Positions 1-10,170 are shown, numbered from the whole stretch's first letter. The stretch is 62,159 nt of DNA, filler included, from 5 parts of 5 records of this genome joined end to end with filler, not necessarily neighbours in it, one strand, 5' to 3'. A program made the numbers and translations. The notes: generated by a model from the sequence alone, not told the origin.

Positions 1-1
1 A

Positions 2-577
2 AGAGGAATGTATGGATATACAGGAACTTACAAGGGAAAAAGAGTCTCAGTACAGGGTACCGGAATGGGTGTTCCATCAGTTTCAATATATGCTACGGAA
101 CTGATTAAAGATTATGGCGTAAAGAACTTAATCAGAGTAGGGACGTCAGGATCTTTCCTGGAAAGTGTAAAAATAAGAGACGTAGTTGTAGCTATGTCGG
201 CCTCTACAACATCGGGAGTTAATAAACTTAGATTTAATGGAGCGGATTATGCACCGACTGCTAACTTTGAACTGTTTATGAAAGCTATTAAAGCAGCGGA
301 GGAGAAAAAGATTTCTGTTAAAGCGGGAAATGTTTTAACTAATGATGAGTTTTACAGTGATGTATTTGATGACTATAAAAAATGGGCCTCTTTCGGAGTG
401 CTTTGTGCTGAGATGGAAACAGCCGGTTTATATACAGTTGCGGCAAAATACGGAGTTAAAGCATTGACACTACTAACAATATCAGATTCATTAGTAACAG
501 GAGAAGAAACGAATTCTCAAGAGAGACAAACTACATTTAGTTCAATGATAGAGGTAGCGCTAGAGTGTGTAGAGTAA
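2..577 (+). CDS. deoD: purine-nucleoside phosphorylase DeoD-type (5' truncated by window)
   Basis: [37 protein letters not shown] motifs of hexameric PNP; frame open from base 2. Confidence 0.95.
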   Translation, partial: RGMYGYTGTYKGKRVSVQGTGMGVPSVSIYATELIKDYGVKNLIRVGTSGSFLESVKIRDVVVAMSASTTSGVNKLRFNGADYAPTANFELFMKAIKAAEEKKISVKAGNVLTNDEFYSDVFDDYKKWASFGVLCAEMETAGLYTVAAKYGVKALTLLTISDSLVTGEETNSQERQTTFSSMIEVALECVE

Positions 578-583
578 ATTAGT

Positions 584-627
584 AAAATACAAAAAGTCTG
601 TGATGAAACACAGGCTTTTTGTATTTT
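584..627 (+). terminator. intrinsic terminator after deoD
   Basis: aaaatacaaaaagtctgtg / cacaggctttttgtatttt inverted repeat. Confidence 0.8.
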
Positions 628-694
628 ATTAATAATTTGATTACTGCAAAAGTGGGTGCTATAATTATTAATAATATGTTTTTACGGAGTACTA

Positions 695-868
695 ATAATC
701 GACATTTCAAAATTAAATAATAATAGAGAAATAAAAATAATTATTGGTGCATCATCACAAGATTATGATGGCTTTATCTATAGATCAAAGAGATTTGACC
801 ATAGAAATAAAGATGGAAAGTTGGGTTTTGTTTCACTAATCATTGATATAAGAAAAAACAAAAAATAG
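695..868 (+). pseudogene. internally deleted remnant, probably of a class I SAM-dependent methyltransferase-like gene
   Basis: Open frame with no ATG reads ..REIKIIIGASSQDYDGFIYRSKRFDHRNKDGKLGFVSLIIDIRKNKK*; GGAG precedes an ATA codon at 695; resembles the joined N- and C-termini of a longer protein. Confidence 0.55.
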
Positions 869-879
869 GAGTATAGAAT

Positions 880-1695
880 ATGAAAATCATAATTGATGAA
901 CTTGAAATTAACTATGAAATAAGTGGTGAGGGAAAAGCTGTAATTATGCTTCACGGTTATTCCTGTGATTACAGATCACTTTATAATGCTACGGAAGGAG
1001 TACCTGCACTAAAAGAGGGGTATAAAAAAATCTATCTGGATCTCCCGGGAATGGGGAAATCTGATAGCGCACGTTGGATAAAAAATGCAGATATTATGCT
1101 AGAGATAGTTATAAAATTTATAGATAAAGTTATTCCAAATGAGAATTTTTTACTTGCCGGTTATTCATATGGTGGGTATTTGGCAAGGGGATTAGTGAGC
1201 AAACTGCCTGAAAGGGTAGAGGGATTATTAGCAATATGCCCGGTGATTATTCCTGAAAATTCTGATAGAGAATTACCTGATGAAAAAATAATTTTTAAAG
1301 ATGAAGAAATAAACAGAAGATTAAAAACTGAATTTTTTATAGATTTCAGTTCAGCACTAGTTATTCAAAATAAAAATAACTTGGAAAGATTGAGAGAAGA
1401 GATAGTATATGGAGTTAAAGAAGCTGATAGAGAGTTTATTAAACACTATAGAGCTAGTGGTTATGGATTTTCATTTGAAATAGATGTGGAAATATTTGAC
1501 AAAGCAAGTTTATTTTTAATGGGCAGACAGGACTCTGTAGTAGGTTATAAAGATGCTATGAATATTTTAGATTATTATCCCAGAGCAAGTTATGTAGTTT
1601 TAGACTGTGCCGGACATAACCTGCAAATAGAGCAAGAGAAGCAGTTTAATTTGTTGGTTAGTAACTGGGTAATAAGAGTAGAAGAATTAATCTGA
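880..1695 (+). CDS. alpha/beta fold hydrolase
   Basis: HG oxyanion motif, DLPGMGKS, nucleophile elbow GYSYG, catalytic D (QDSVV) and H (AGHN); RBS aggag. Confidence 0.9.
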   Translation: MKIIIDELEINYEISGEGKAVIMLHGYSCDYRSLYNATEGVPALKEGYKKIYLDLPGMGKSDSARWIKNADIMLEIVIKFIDKVIPNENFLLAGYSYGGYLARGLVSKLPERVEGLLAICPVIIPENSDRELPDEKIIFKDEEINRRLKTEFFIDFSSALVIQNKNNLERLREEIVYGVKEADREFIKHYRASGYGFSFEIDVEIFDKASLFLMGRQDSVVGYKDAMNILDYYPRASYVVLDCAGHNLQIEQEKQFNLLVSNWVIRVEELI

Positions 1696-1779
1696 AATAA
1701 AAAAGAGGAAATTAACTACTTATAGTTTATATGTTTAGTAAAGGGGTAATAATTTCTTGTTAAAAAGGGAGGCACAAAA

Positions 1780-2160
1780 ATGAAGCCATCAAAATTTTTA
1801 ATTGCAGATGATGCACTTTATCAAAGAAAAGAATTAAAAAAGATTTTGGAAGGTGAAGGTTATGAAGTTATAGCTGAAGCTATAGATGGTAATGATGCAA
1901 TTGAAAAGTATAAAGAACATTCACCTGATTTCGTATTTATGGATTTAGTAATGCCTGGAAGAGATGGGGTATCGGCAGTAAGAAAAATCATAGAGTATGA
2001 TTCAAATGCAAATATTATTATATTAAGTGCAGTAGGCCAAAAGAAAACTATATTTGAAGCAATTGAAGCAGGAGCTTTGAATTATTTATTAAAACCATAT
2101 AAACCATCAGATATTCTTGGAATAATAAATTTAACATCAGGATATCTGGAAGCAGAATAA
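1780..2160 (+). CDS. single-domain response regulator, CheY-like
   Basis: ADD, MDLVMP phosphoacceptor, LSA, LKP; no output domain; RBS ggaggc. Confidence 0.9.
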   Translation: MKPSKFLIADDALYQRKELKKILEGEGYEVIAEAIDGNDAIEKYKEHSPDFVFMDLVMPGRDGVSAVRKIIEYDSNANIIILSAVGQKKTIFEAIEAGALNYLLKPYKPSDILGIINLTSGYLEAE

Positions 2161-2168
2161 TTAAATAT

Positions 2169-2206
2169 ACAACCGTTGAGATAAATTTTACTCAACGGTT
2201 GTTTTA
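2169..2206 (+). terminator. intrinsic terminator
   Basis: acaaccgttgag / ctcaacggttgt 12-bp stem followed by T run. Confidence 0.8.
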
Positions 2207-2277
2207 TTATGGGAAATTAGAGTATCATAATAGTATGAATGTGTTTGAAAATAGAAATTATTATAGGAGTGAGTTAA

Positions 2278-3006
2278 ATGAAGAAACTGAAATTAGTACT
2301 TATTTTTTTAATTTTTAATTTTGTAGCTTTTAGTGAATCTCTTTTATTTAATACAATTAATAACTTTGCACCATTTATCTGGGAAGAAGATGGCGAAGTG
2401 AAGGGATTAGATGTTGATATTGTAGAAGAAATTGAGAAGAGAACAGGCATAGAGATCGAGATGGAGTTTTTACCATGGAAAAGAGTGCTTCTAAATATTG
2501 AAGCGGGAGTGGTTGACGGTGGTTTTGCAGGATTCAGAACATCTGAAAGAGAGCAGTATTCTGTTTTTTCTGATTATCCCATGCATTACTCGAGTTACTC
2601 TATTGTCAAAAATATTGACAGCTCAGTAAAGATAGATAATTCCATGGGAAAAACAATAGGTATGAGACTGGGATTTGTTATTAGTGATGAGTTTACGAAT
2701 TGGGTTGAGGAGAATAAAATAAGAATAGAAGAATCCAGAAGTGAGGAACAAAATTTAAGAAAATTAATAACTAATAGAGTTGATTTCATTATATCAAATG
2801 ATATAACGACACTATATACTGCGAAGCTGATGGGAGTAATAAATAGATTAGCAGTAGAAAAAAGTTTTGTGGAAAAGAAAGGCTCTTATATTATGTTATC
2901 AAAAAAATCTCCTAAGCTACACCTTTTACCAAAATTAAATAAAGTATTAAAAGAGATTCACGAAGATGGAACATATGAGGAGATTATCAGAAAATATACT
3001 GAATAA
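2278..3006 (+). CDS. extracellular solute-binding protein family 3
   Basis: signal peptide, FAPF..GLDVDI..LPWKR, C-terminal LKEIHEDGTYEEIIRKY. Confidence 0.85.
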   Translation: MKKLKLVLIFLIFNFVAFSESLLFNTINNFAPFIWEEDGEVKGLDVDIVEEIEKRTGIEIEMEFLPWKRVLLNIEAGVVDGGFAGFRTSEREQYSVFSDYPMHYSSYSIVKNIDSSVKIDNSMGKTIGMRLGFVISDEFTNWVEENKIRIEESRSEEQNLRKLITNRVDFIISNDITTLYTAKLMGVINRLAVEKSFVEKKGSYIMLSKKSPKLHLLPKLNKVLKEIHEDGTYEEIIRKYTE

Positions 3007-3010
3007 AATA

Positions 3011-3055
3011 AATATTAAATCCCGGCTTAAAGAATATAAGTCGGGATTTGATATT
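3011..3055. terminator. bidirectional terminator between convergent genes
   Basis: aatattaaatcccggctta / taagtcgggatttgatatt. Confidence 0.75.
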
Positions 3056-3075
3056 ATATAAATAATTAAGCTTTT

Positions 3076-4041
3076 TTATTGAAAAACGGCACCTTTTTTA
3101 TAAATTGGTGGTATAACAATTTTGAACTCGTCTAATTGTTTTAGATTAAAATACAGTTTTGCCTCATTATCTGTTTTAGGAAGGATATTTTTCGGAGTTT
3201 TATTGTTTTTTAGAATATCGACAGCAATCATTCCCGCAAGTTTACCATGAGTATAACCTTGAATAGTCATTGCTCCTACAGCTCCTTCATCATGGACAGT
3301 ATAATCATGATTGGTAAAAATAGGAATTTTTGAATTTTCGTTAGTCCATTCTACGACATCAGTCTCCTTGATACCCACTCCGTTTTTATCTTTTATTGAA
3401 AAAAAACCAGACAAGATTATAAAACCATACTCATTATTTAACTTCAAGATTGTTTCTTTCCAGTTTTCCCAATTATTAATAACTTTATGATCGACTCTTA
3501 AATCATCTATCCAAATACTTTCTTGATTATCAAAAATAGAAGCGTCAATTCTAGATGAAGTTGTATTTTCAAATAATATTAAGCTTTTTTTTACGTTGGG
3601 CATTATTCTTGCGAGAACTTTATTATAAAGAAGTATAGGTGGTCGCTCCAAAACACCTGTTATATTAGTATAATTAGAATTAAAGTATTTTCTAGGGTTA
3701 TTATTTATTCCGTAATATACAACGGGGGTGCTAGTTTTTCCAAATTTATTACCGAGTAATTTTAGAGCGTTATCATCTCCTAGCATAACTAAATCAGGTT
3801 TTTCTTTTAGATATATTTCCCAAGCCTGATTTGCTTTTTTTTGAAATTGCTCAGGCGGTATTCGTTTTGTATTCATGTAAAATATATTTATATCAAAATC
3901 GTTATTTAATTCGTCTAATATTCCGTTTATACATAAATTAGCCCATTCATACTCCTGACTGTAACTGGAGATAATGAGAACAGATTTTGCATAGCTAATA
4001 TTCGATATGAGGATAAAAAATATTAAAAAAAGCTTTTTCAT
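3076..4041 (-). CDS. ABC-type substrate-binding / periplasmic sensor-like protein
   Basis: signal peptide; VLIISSY..EW, YMNTKR, GDDNAL, GINN, TGVLE, GAVG motifs. Confidence 0.75.
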   Translation of the reverse strand: MKKLFLIFFILISNISYAKSVLIISSYSQEYEWANLCINGILDELNNDFDINIFYMNTKRIPPEQFQKKANQAWEIYLKEKPDLVMLGDDNALKLLGNKFGKTSTPVVYYGINNNPRKYFNSNYTNITGVLERPPILLYNKVLARIMPNVKKSLILFENTTSSRIDASIFDNQESIWIDDLRVDHKVINNWENWKETILKLNNEYGFIILSGFFSIKDKNGVGIKETDVVEWTNENSKIPIFTNHDYTVHDEGAVGAMTIQGYTHGKLAGMIAVDILKNNKTPKNILPKTDNEAKLYFNLKQLDEFKIVIPPIYKKGAVFQ

Positions 4042-4131
4042 GTAATCACCCCTTTGTATTAAAATAAGATTGTCTACTTATATATTACCTCAATTATAAC
4101 CTATTATAAAAGTATTTTTTATTTTCGAAAT

Positions 4132-4260
4132 TTATATAAAAGAAATAAGGATATAGTTCAAGAACTAGATAATGAGTTGAAACGAATGAAACAAAGTGGG
4201 GAATTAGAATTATTAAAGAAAGAAGCAGAAAGAATTGTTTTTGAAAAACATATGGATTAA
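4132..4260 (+). pseudogene. 3' remnant of a family 3 solute-binding protein gene
   Basis: LYKRNKDIVQELDNELKRMKQSGELELLKKEAERIVFEKHMD* matches the SBP3 C-terminal helix pattern; no start codon between the in-frame stop at 4060-4062 and this segment. Confidence 0.55.
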
Positions 4261-4280
4261 GTGTTTTCTAAACGATATAA

Positions 4281-4324
4281 ATTAAAGAAGCTCAGCTGTA
4301 TATTATCAGCTGAGCTTCTTTAAT
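4281..4324. terminator. bidirectional terminator
   Basis: attaaagaagctcagctg / cagctgagcttctttaat perfect 18-bp stem. Confidence 0.8.
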
Positions 4325-5069
4325 TTATATATTTATTAATGATTTTGTCATAAGTTCCATTTTCTTTTAACTCATTAATTTTTTTAGCAAATTTTTCAGC
4401 TAATTCTTTCCGGTCTCTTTTAACGGAAAAAGCTAAATATAATGGGCTTTTTTCTAGTATTGGTCTTAATATTTCGATCTGCTCTGACATATTTTCTTTG
4501 TTTGCAAAAGCGCTTATAACCAATCTATCTCCAATGAATAAATCTGTTCTATTAGCAATTAACATCTTTAATGCAATTAATTCATTTCTGGCTTCCTCTT
4601 TTTTCAAATAAGTAGCAGAATCGAATTCAGTTCCATAACTATATTGAGAAACGGTTCCTATTGAATATTGTGTTAATTCTTTTAAATCTCCTGAATAGGA
4701 AATAGGATTATTTATTTTTTTAAAAAATGAAACTTCCTCATAGGATAATATATTTCCTTCATTGAATATTAAAAACTCTTCTCTTTTTGTTGTTTTAAAT
4801 AGTGGGAAAAAAGCATCTGCTTCACCTCGTTCCATGAGAGAGAGACATCTTTTCCAAGGGTAGTTTCTATAATATTTAATCTTAATATTTAACTCCTTGG
4901 CAGCTGCATTAACTAAATCAACACATATTCCGGTTTCAATCCCATTTTCGTCATAAAAATAGTATGGAGGATAACCGGTGCTAAGCAGTATTTCAATTTT
5001 TTCAGATGAAAAACTAAGTGTAGAGAAAAGAAGAAATGTAAACATTAGTTTTATTACTTTCGAGATCAT
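4320..5069 (-). CDS. extracellular solute-binding protein family 3
   Basis: signal peptide, YPPY..GICVDL..YPWKR, ELKENGTYDKIINKY. Confidence 0.85.
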   Translation of the reverse strand: MISKVIKLMFTFLLFSTLSFSSEKIEILLSTGYPPYYFYDENGIETGICVDLVNAAAKELNIKIKYYRNYPWKRCLSLMERGEADAFFPLFKTTKREEFLIFNEGNILSYEEVSFFKKINNPISYSGDLKELTQYSIGTVSQYSYGTEFDSATYLKKEEARNELIALKMLIANRTDLFIGDRLVISAFANKENMSEQIEILRPILEKSPLYLAFSVKRDRKELAEKFAKKINELKENGTYDKIINKYIN

Positions 5070-5187
5070 TATACTCCCCCTGTATATTTATTATAGAGAT
5101 ACTCAATAAATATTTTACCATAAATTATCACACAAATATACAAAAGTTAATGTTAGATATCTTTTTATTTTCAAAAACTAAAAAAAC

Positions 5188-5265
5188 GGCTAACTGAAAA
5201 GTCCACTTTTAATTAAATAAATTTCCAAACTCAATTTATTAATTATTGGTACTTTTCAGTCAGCC
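5188..5265 (-). terminator. long imperfect hairpin, probable terminator of the nitroreductase transcript
   Basis: ggctaactgaaaagt / acttttcagtcagcc with AT-rich inner arms; T run follows on the minus strand. Confidence 0.6.
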
Positions 5266-5274
5266 AGAGTAATT

Positions 5275-5838
5275 CTATAACCAAGTAACGTTTGATTCTT
5301 TCTTTGGAACGGATTCAGGAAATTCACCCTTAGGATATCCTAAGACGATCGGACCAAATATCTCTTCGTCGTCCTGTAAACCAAGAGTATCTTTCATCTC
5401 TTCATCTAAGCATATATTACCAAACTCTACCCAGCAGCTACCGATATCAAATGATCTCGCGGCAAGCATGATGTTTTGGCATACCATAGGGCAATCTTTA
5501 GCATAGGCTAATATTTTTTTCCCTACTACAAAAATAATCGTATCAGCAGAATAATAGATTGAATCTTTGTGTAGTTCATCGATTGATTTTCTGACTTCTT
5601 TTACCGCATCCCCCATTTGATCCAGTATAGCTTTATACATTGGTTTCGCATGCTCTGCAAGTTTCAACTTTAACCCATTGTCTCTTACAACTACGAATCT
5701 CCAAGGTTGTATATTTGCCCCGGATGGAGCAGAATTTCCAGCGGAAATTATCTCATCTAATATCTCTTTACTAATCTCTTTTTCGCTAAAAAATCTAACT
5801 GATCTTCTGTTTTTAATATTGCTGATTACTTCATTCAT
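5275..5838 (-). CDS. nitroreductase family protein
   Basis: RRSVR, APSGANIQPWRF, QNIMLAA..GSCW, LGYP. Confidence 0.92.
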   Translation of the reverse strand: MNEVISNIKNRRSVRFFSEKEISKEILDEIISAGNSAPSGANIQPWRFVVVRDNGLKLKLAEHAKPMYKAILDQMGDAVKEVRKSIDELHKDSIYYSADTIIFVVGKKILAYAKDCPMVCQNIMLAARSFDIGSCWVEFGNICLDEEMKDTLGLQDDEEIFGPIVLGYPKGEFPESVPKKESNVTWL

Positions 5839-5868
5839 ATAGTTTCCCCCTTTAAATTAACATCTAAT

Positions 5869-6747
5869 CTATTCAACAGGCACATAGATATCAAACTCTA
5901 TAGTGTCGCTAAAACCAAATGGTTCTATTTTATATGCTTGTAAATTTATTCCGGTTTTTGATAATTCATACTCTGAGTTAGGCAGATACTCTTTGAAAAT
6001 ATAATTAAAAGTATCGACGACCATTCCTATTTTTCCTCTGTGAGTGAAAGCAAGATACTTTAATGGTGGTAAAATACGCAGATGCATTTCATCAGGTATA
6101 GAGTCAGCAGTACTTACTTCGATACATGCAGTATGTAAGATTCCGTCTCCATCAATATCTTCCATATCAGTTTCACAGATACCGTATTTTATTTGTTTAT
6201 TTACTACATGATCTATTTCCTTTATTCTTTGATTAAATATATTATTATGGAAATTGGCAATAGTAAATTTTTCAGCATTTTCCTGAAATCCAGTTTCCAG
6301 AGTCATTCCAATTAATTTCATTTCCTCTTTAATAATTAGTTTTGGTTGAATTCCGTCTTTTCTTTTTTTACTCATCATTCCCAGAACACTAACCTTATCA
6401 TTTAATCTAATTTTTGATTGAAGTTTTCTGTATTTACCGGGAGTTATACCAAAATATTTGCTAAAAGCTCTGGTGAATACTTCCTGTGATTCAAAGTGAT
6501 TATCAACAGCTATTTCCAAGATATTGCTATTTGTTGCATTAAGTTGGACAACAGCTCTGGCAAGTCGTCTCTTTCTGATATATCTCATGACAGGCTCGCC
6601 GACATACATTGAGAATAAGCGATGGTAATAATATTTGGATAAATATGCGATCTCTGCAAGTTCATCGAGAGAGATTTTTTTATCTAAATTTTCCTCTATA
6701 TAATCTATGGTTTTCTGAATTCGTTGAAAATAGTCCATTTTTCTCAC
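5869..6747 (-). CDS. AraC-family regulator with C-terminal GyrI-like effector domain
   Basis: N-terminal double HTH (LDELA..SKYYYHRLF..FESQEVFTRAF..TPGKYR), C-terminal YLAFTHRG..IYVPV. Confidence 0.9.
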   Translation of the reverse strand: MRKMDYFQRIQKTIDYIEENLDKKISLDELAEIAYLSKYYYHRLFSMYVGEPVMRYIRKRRLARAVVQLNATNSNILEIAVDNHFESQEVFTRAFSKYFGITPGKYRKLQSKIRLNDKVSVLGMMSKKRKDGIQPKLIIKEEMKLIGMTLETGFQENAEKFTIANFHNNIFNQRIKEIDHVVNKQIKYGICETDMEDIDGDGILHTACIEVSTADSIPDEMHLRILPPLKYLAFTHRGKIGMVVDTFNYIFKEYLPNSEYELSKTGINLQAYKIEPFGFSDTIEFDIYVPVE

Positions 6748-6836
6748 CAGCCTTTTATAGTTAACTATAAATAATTATAGCATGATATAAAATTTGGTTT
6801 TTGATGTTTTTTGCAGAATCTTATTGTATATATAAA

Positions 6837-6866
6837 AACAAGACAGAGATTTTTCTCTGTCTTGTT
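6837..6866 (-). terminator. intrinsic terminator after the chemoreceptor gene
   Basis: aacaagacagaga / tctctgtcttgtt. Confidence 0.75.
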
Positions 6867-6892
6867 AAAAAATAATATTTTCATTTCAATAA

Positions 6893-8881
6893 TTAAGCTT
6901 CAATTTGTAATCTTATTTCAGATATTTTTTGTTCATTTTCATCCATTTCATCTTTTTGCTTTGAATTGTCTTTCGCAAGTGAGTTGATCTCATGAGTTAA
7001 TTCCTGAAGAGTTGCATTGATCTCTTCTGTAGAAGCGTAGATAATTTCTGCATCTTCTAGATTCAGTTCAGATGTTGAAACTATTTTACCAAAGATACTC
7101 TCTAAGTTTGATATTTCATTGTGTATCCATTCAACGAAAGGATTTATCTTTTCTACTTCATTTTTAGTGTTTTCAGCAAGTTTTCTAACTTCTTCAGCAA
7201 CTACCGCAAAACCTTTACCTGATTCGCCGGCTCTTGCAGCTTCTATAGCTGCATTTAGTGCAAGTAGGTTTGTTTGCTCAGATATTCCCTGTATAGTAGT
7301 AGAGATTGAGTTTAATTCTTGAGCTCTGCCTTTTATTGTAGAAATATTCTTTGATGTTTTATCTAAAATATCGTTAGATGTTTTTATTTCAGAGACCATA
7401 CTCTCTACTTTTCTAATAACTGTAGAGTTTGAATCGGATAAATTATTAGCCTCAGAAGAAAGTTCATCTGTTAAACTGGATGTTGAAGCTATGTAGTCTT
7501 GTGTATTATTGGAGAAATCCTGAATTACATCAAATGATTGTTTAAGTAACTCCATTTTTTCCAATACTTCTTCATGCTTACCATAGGCAACTTTTTTGGC
7601 ATACTCTCTACAAGATTCGGGAACATTTGAACCAAGTACAATAGCTAAAGCGGCTGATTCACATGATCCGAATCCACATGCAGGACAATCATATGATTTT
7701 TCCGAATTTGTTGATTTTAATAGAGCAGTATATCCTTCATTTATATTATTTTTGGCTTGATTTACTTTGTATTGATAGTCTTTATTATGATTAGCATAAG
7801 ATACTGTATAATCATCTATGTCTAGTTTTTTATATAAAGTTTTTACAATCTCCTTAGGAGATTTTTTTCTGAATAGATTTCTTTTTTCACCTTTAATTTG
7901 CTTAGATTTTTCATTCAGGGAATAATCCATCTCGTCCATAGATGGTAAGTTGTGCATATAATCACCGTGGTATTCTGTTCCTGTTCCTACAGAACAACCC
8001 TCTGTACAATTTAAAATATCAATTAATAATGGCAATTTAGTATTTTGGTGATTTATCTCTTTTAGATAGTCTTGAGCAACTTTTGGTCCTTCGATTCTTT
8101 TGATATGGAACTCTTTTCCGAATACCTCTTCTACTGATACCATCAAACCTCCGGGAGTAGGGTACCAGAATCCAACTAATGATTCCGGAGAATCAAAATC
8201 TGAAGGAGAACTATTTCTAGAGTCTTTTCTATATGCCTCCATAAGCGTTTTGAAGGATACATTACCTTTGATGACTCCATGTGCCTGAAATTCTAATCCT
8301 TTGGAAACACAAGGGGCGATTCCCCAGATATTTCTTATTCCATGGTTATTCTGCATATATACAGCTGTACAATGCATAGGAGACCCAATCGGACTTAAAT
8401 ATTTTTGTAGATTAGGATAATATCTTTCAATCGAATATACAATACTTCTACAAGGCTGAGCTATAACGGTTTCTAGTCCTAACTCTTTCACAGCTTTAAC
8501 ATATAAAACAGTAGTGATATCAGCTCCAAAACTAACATCCCATATATATTTGATTCCTTTACTTCTTAACCAACCAAAAACTTTTTTGTATTCATTTGGA
8601 TAATTAAGTAACATAGCAGGTGCTACTACAACTGCTTCAACTCTTCCTGCATTTAATTCTGATAAAAACATTTCTGAATCATCTTGAAAATATCTTGAAT
8701 CTTGCTTACATGCTTTAATACATTCCCCGCAAGCGATGCAGTTTTCAGAACTAGCGGAAACCTTGATATCTCCGTTTTCATTCTTGTAAATTTTGTTTGC
8801 GAAATCTAATGGACAGACTTCAACACAAGCATTACATCCGATACAATTTTCAAGCTCGGTACATATCATATCTTTTCTCAT
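6893..8881 (-). CDS. soluble chemoreceptor: 2x[4Fe-4S] + [FeFe]-hydrogenase H-domain + FeS motif + MCP signalling domain
   Basis: [12 protein letters not shown] and [79 protein letters not shown]; start placed at 8881 after aggag. Confidence 0.9.
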   Translation of the reverse strand: MRKDMICTELENCIGCNACVEVCPLDFANKIYKNENGDIKVSASSENCIACGECIKACKQDSRYFQDDSEMFLSELNAGRVEAVVVAPAMLLNYPNEYKKVFGWLRSKGIKYIWDVSFGADITTVLYVKAVKELGLETVIAQPCRSIVYSIERYYPNLQKYLSPIGSPMHCTAVYMQNNHGIRNIWGIAPCVSKGLEFQAHGVIKGNVSFKTLMEAYRKDSRNSSPSDFDSPESLVGFWYPTPGGLMVSVEEVFGKEFHIKRIEGPKVAQDYLKEINHQNTKLPLLIDILNCTEGCSVGTGTEYHGDYMHNLPSMDEMDYSLNEKSKQIKGEKRNLFRKKSPKEIVKTLYKKLDIDDYTVSYANHNKDYQYKVNQAKNNINEGYTALLKSTNSEKSYDCPACGFGSCESAALAIVLGSNVPESCREYAKKVAYGKHEEVLEKMELLKQSFDVIQDFSNNTQDYIASTSSLTDELSSEANNLSDSNSTVIRKVESMVSEIKTSNDILDKTSKNISTIKGRAQELNSISTTIQGISEQTNLLALNAAIEAARAGESGKGFAVVAEEVRKLAENTKNEVEKINPFVEWIHNEISNLESIFGKIVSTSELNLEDAEIIYASTEEINATLQELTHEINSLAKDNSKQKDEMDENEQKISEIRLQIEA

Positions 8882-9207
8882 AAATACACTCCTTTTCATC
8901 GTAAATCTAACATACGAATATTGTAATATTACACTAAGACAATTTTACATCTTGTATAATATATCATATTTAGAAAGCATTTCCTAAGTAAAATTATTGT
9001 TTCTGTATCCTGTTTTAATTAAGTTTTTTTACTTTTCTGAGGTTTTTTTATAAAGTGTATAGAGATGTTACTTTTATAAAATACTTAAATTAATTTTTAT
9101 ATGAAAAATAACGCGCGTTTACAAATGAAAAATTATTTTGTTACGCTATTTTAAATACAAATTATACACAAAGTGAATTAATGGTGAAAAAATGAGAGAG
9201 GATTGGT

Positions 9208-9251
9208 GAGATAAAAAAAGGATATGCCTGCGCATATCCTTTTCTTATCTC
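9208..9251 (-). terminator. intrinsic terminator
   Basis: aaaaggatatgc / gcatatcctttt, extended by gagata/tatctc. Confidence 0.75.
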
Positions 9252-9259
9252 TAAGTCTA

Positions 9260-10009
9260 TCAATATTTCAAATATTTATCAGTTATTTTCTGCCATTCAC
9301 CTGATTTTTTTAATTCCTGAATAATTCGTTTAAGATCATCTATAATATACTGAGGAGTAGATTTTGAAAATACCATCCAATGTTGATATGTTCTTAATTT
9401 TAAAGGATGAACTTTGAATTGATTCTCATAGGGAGATGTTCTTACTTTATATAATAAGCCCAAACTGTGATATGCGAAAAAATCTCCTCTTTCCAAAAGA
9501 AGTTTTTCAAGGTTTGCATCAGGTGTTTTTGCAGAATCCTCCAGCTCAAGATTAAAAGTTTCTTTTAAATAAACATTTGATCCTGCTCCGAAAACAGCAA
9601 GTATTCTTGAATTTCTAATTTTTTCTAAATCTTCAAAAGATTCTATATTATCACGATAATCTTTTCTTGAGATCAGTATAGTAGAAACATCATATAATGG
9701 TTCACCGAAACGAAATAATTTCTCTCTTTTATCATTTCTAGCCCAACCTAGATGTACATTAGTATCTCCTTTTTCCATATTTAATTGAATTCTTCTTGTA
9801 GGCATAAACTCACTTGGATAATCAAATTTATAGTCAGAATTTTTTTCTATCAATCTAATCAGTTCAACACAGAGTCCCCCAAATAAACCATTTGAATATC
9901 TTGTATACTTTGGAGTAGTGTCTTGAAACTCTGTTTTTAATGTTATTTTAGCAGATAAGTTAGTATTAATAATTAAAAGTGTTAGAAAAAAATAAATCAG
10001 TTTTTTCAT
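9260..10009 (-). CDS. extracellular solute-binding protein family 3
   Basis: signal peptide MKKLIYFF.., PKY..GLCVEL, ELKKSGEWQKITDKY; RBS ggagggg before ATG 10009. Confidence 0.8.
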   Translation of the reverse strand: MKKLIYFFLTLLIINTNLSAKITLKTEFQDTTPKYTRYSNGLFGGLCVELIRLIEKNSDYKFDYPSEFMPTRRIQLNMEKGDTNVHLGWARNDKREKLFRFGEPLYDVSTILISRKDYRDNIESFEDLEKIRNSRILAVFGAGSNVYLKETFNLELEDSAKTPDANLEKLLLERGDFFAYHSLGLLYKVRTSPYENQFKVHPLKLRTYQHWMVFSKSTPQYIIDDLKRIIQELKKSGEWQKITDKYLKY

Positions 10010-10170
10010 AATAACCCCTCCTATTTGACCGACACAATACAATACTCTATAAATATCATACTATATTATCAGGATAAAACCTTCTATTTAAATAATGGAA
10101 TTTTTACTAATTATAGTTTAAACTTAATAAAAGATAGAACATAATTTATCTAGTAGTAAAGGAGATTTTT

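Noticed and set aside
9110-9119. GC-rich palindrome AACGCGCGTT upstream of the hydrogenase-chemoreceptor
   Set aside because: Too short and single-copy to support an operator call.
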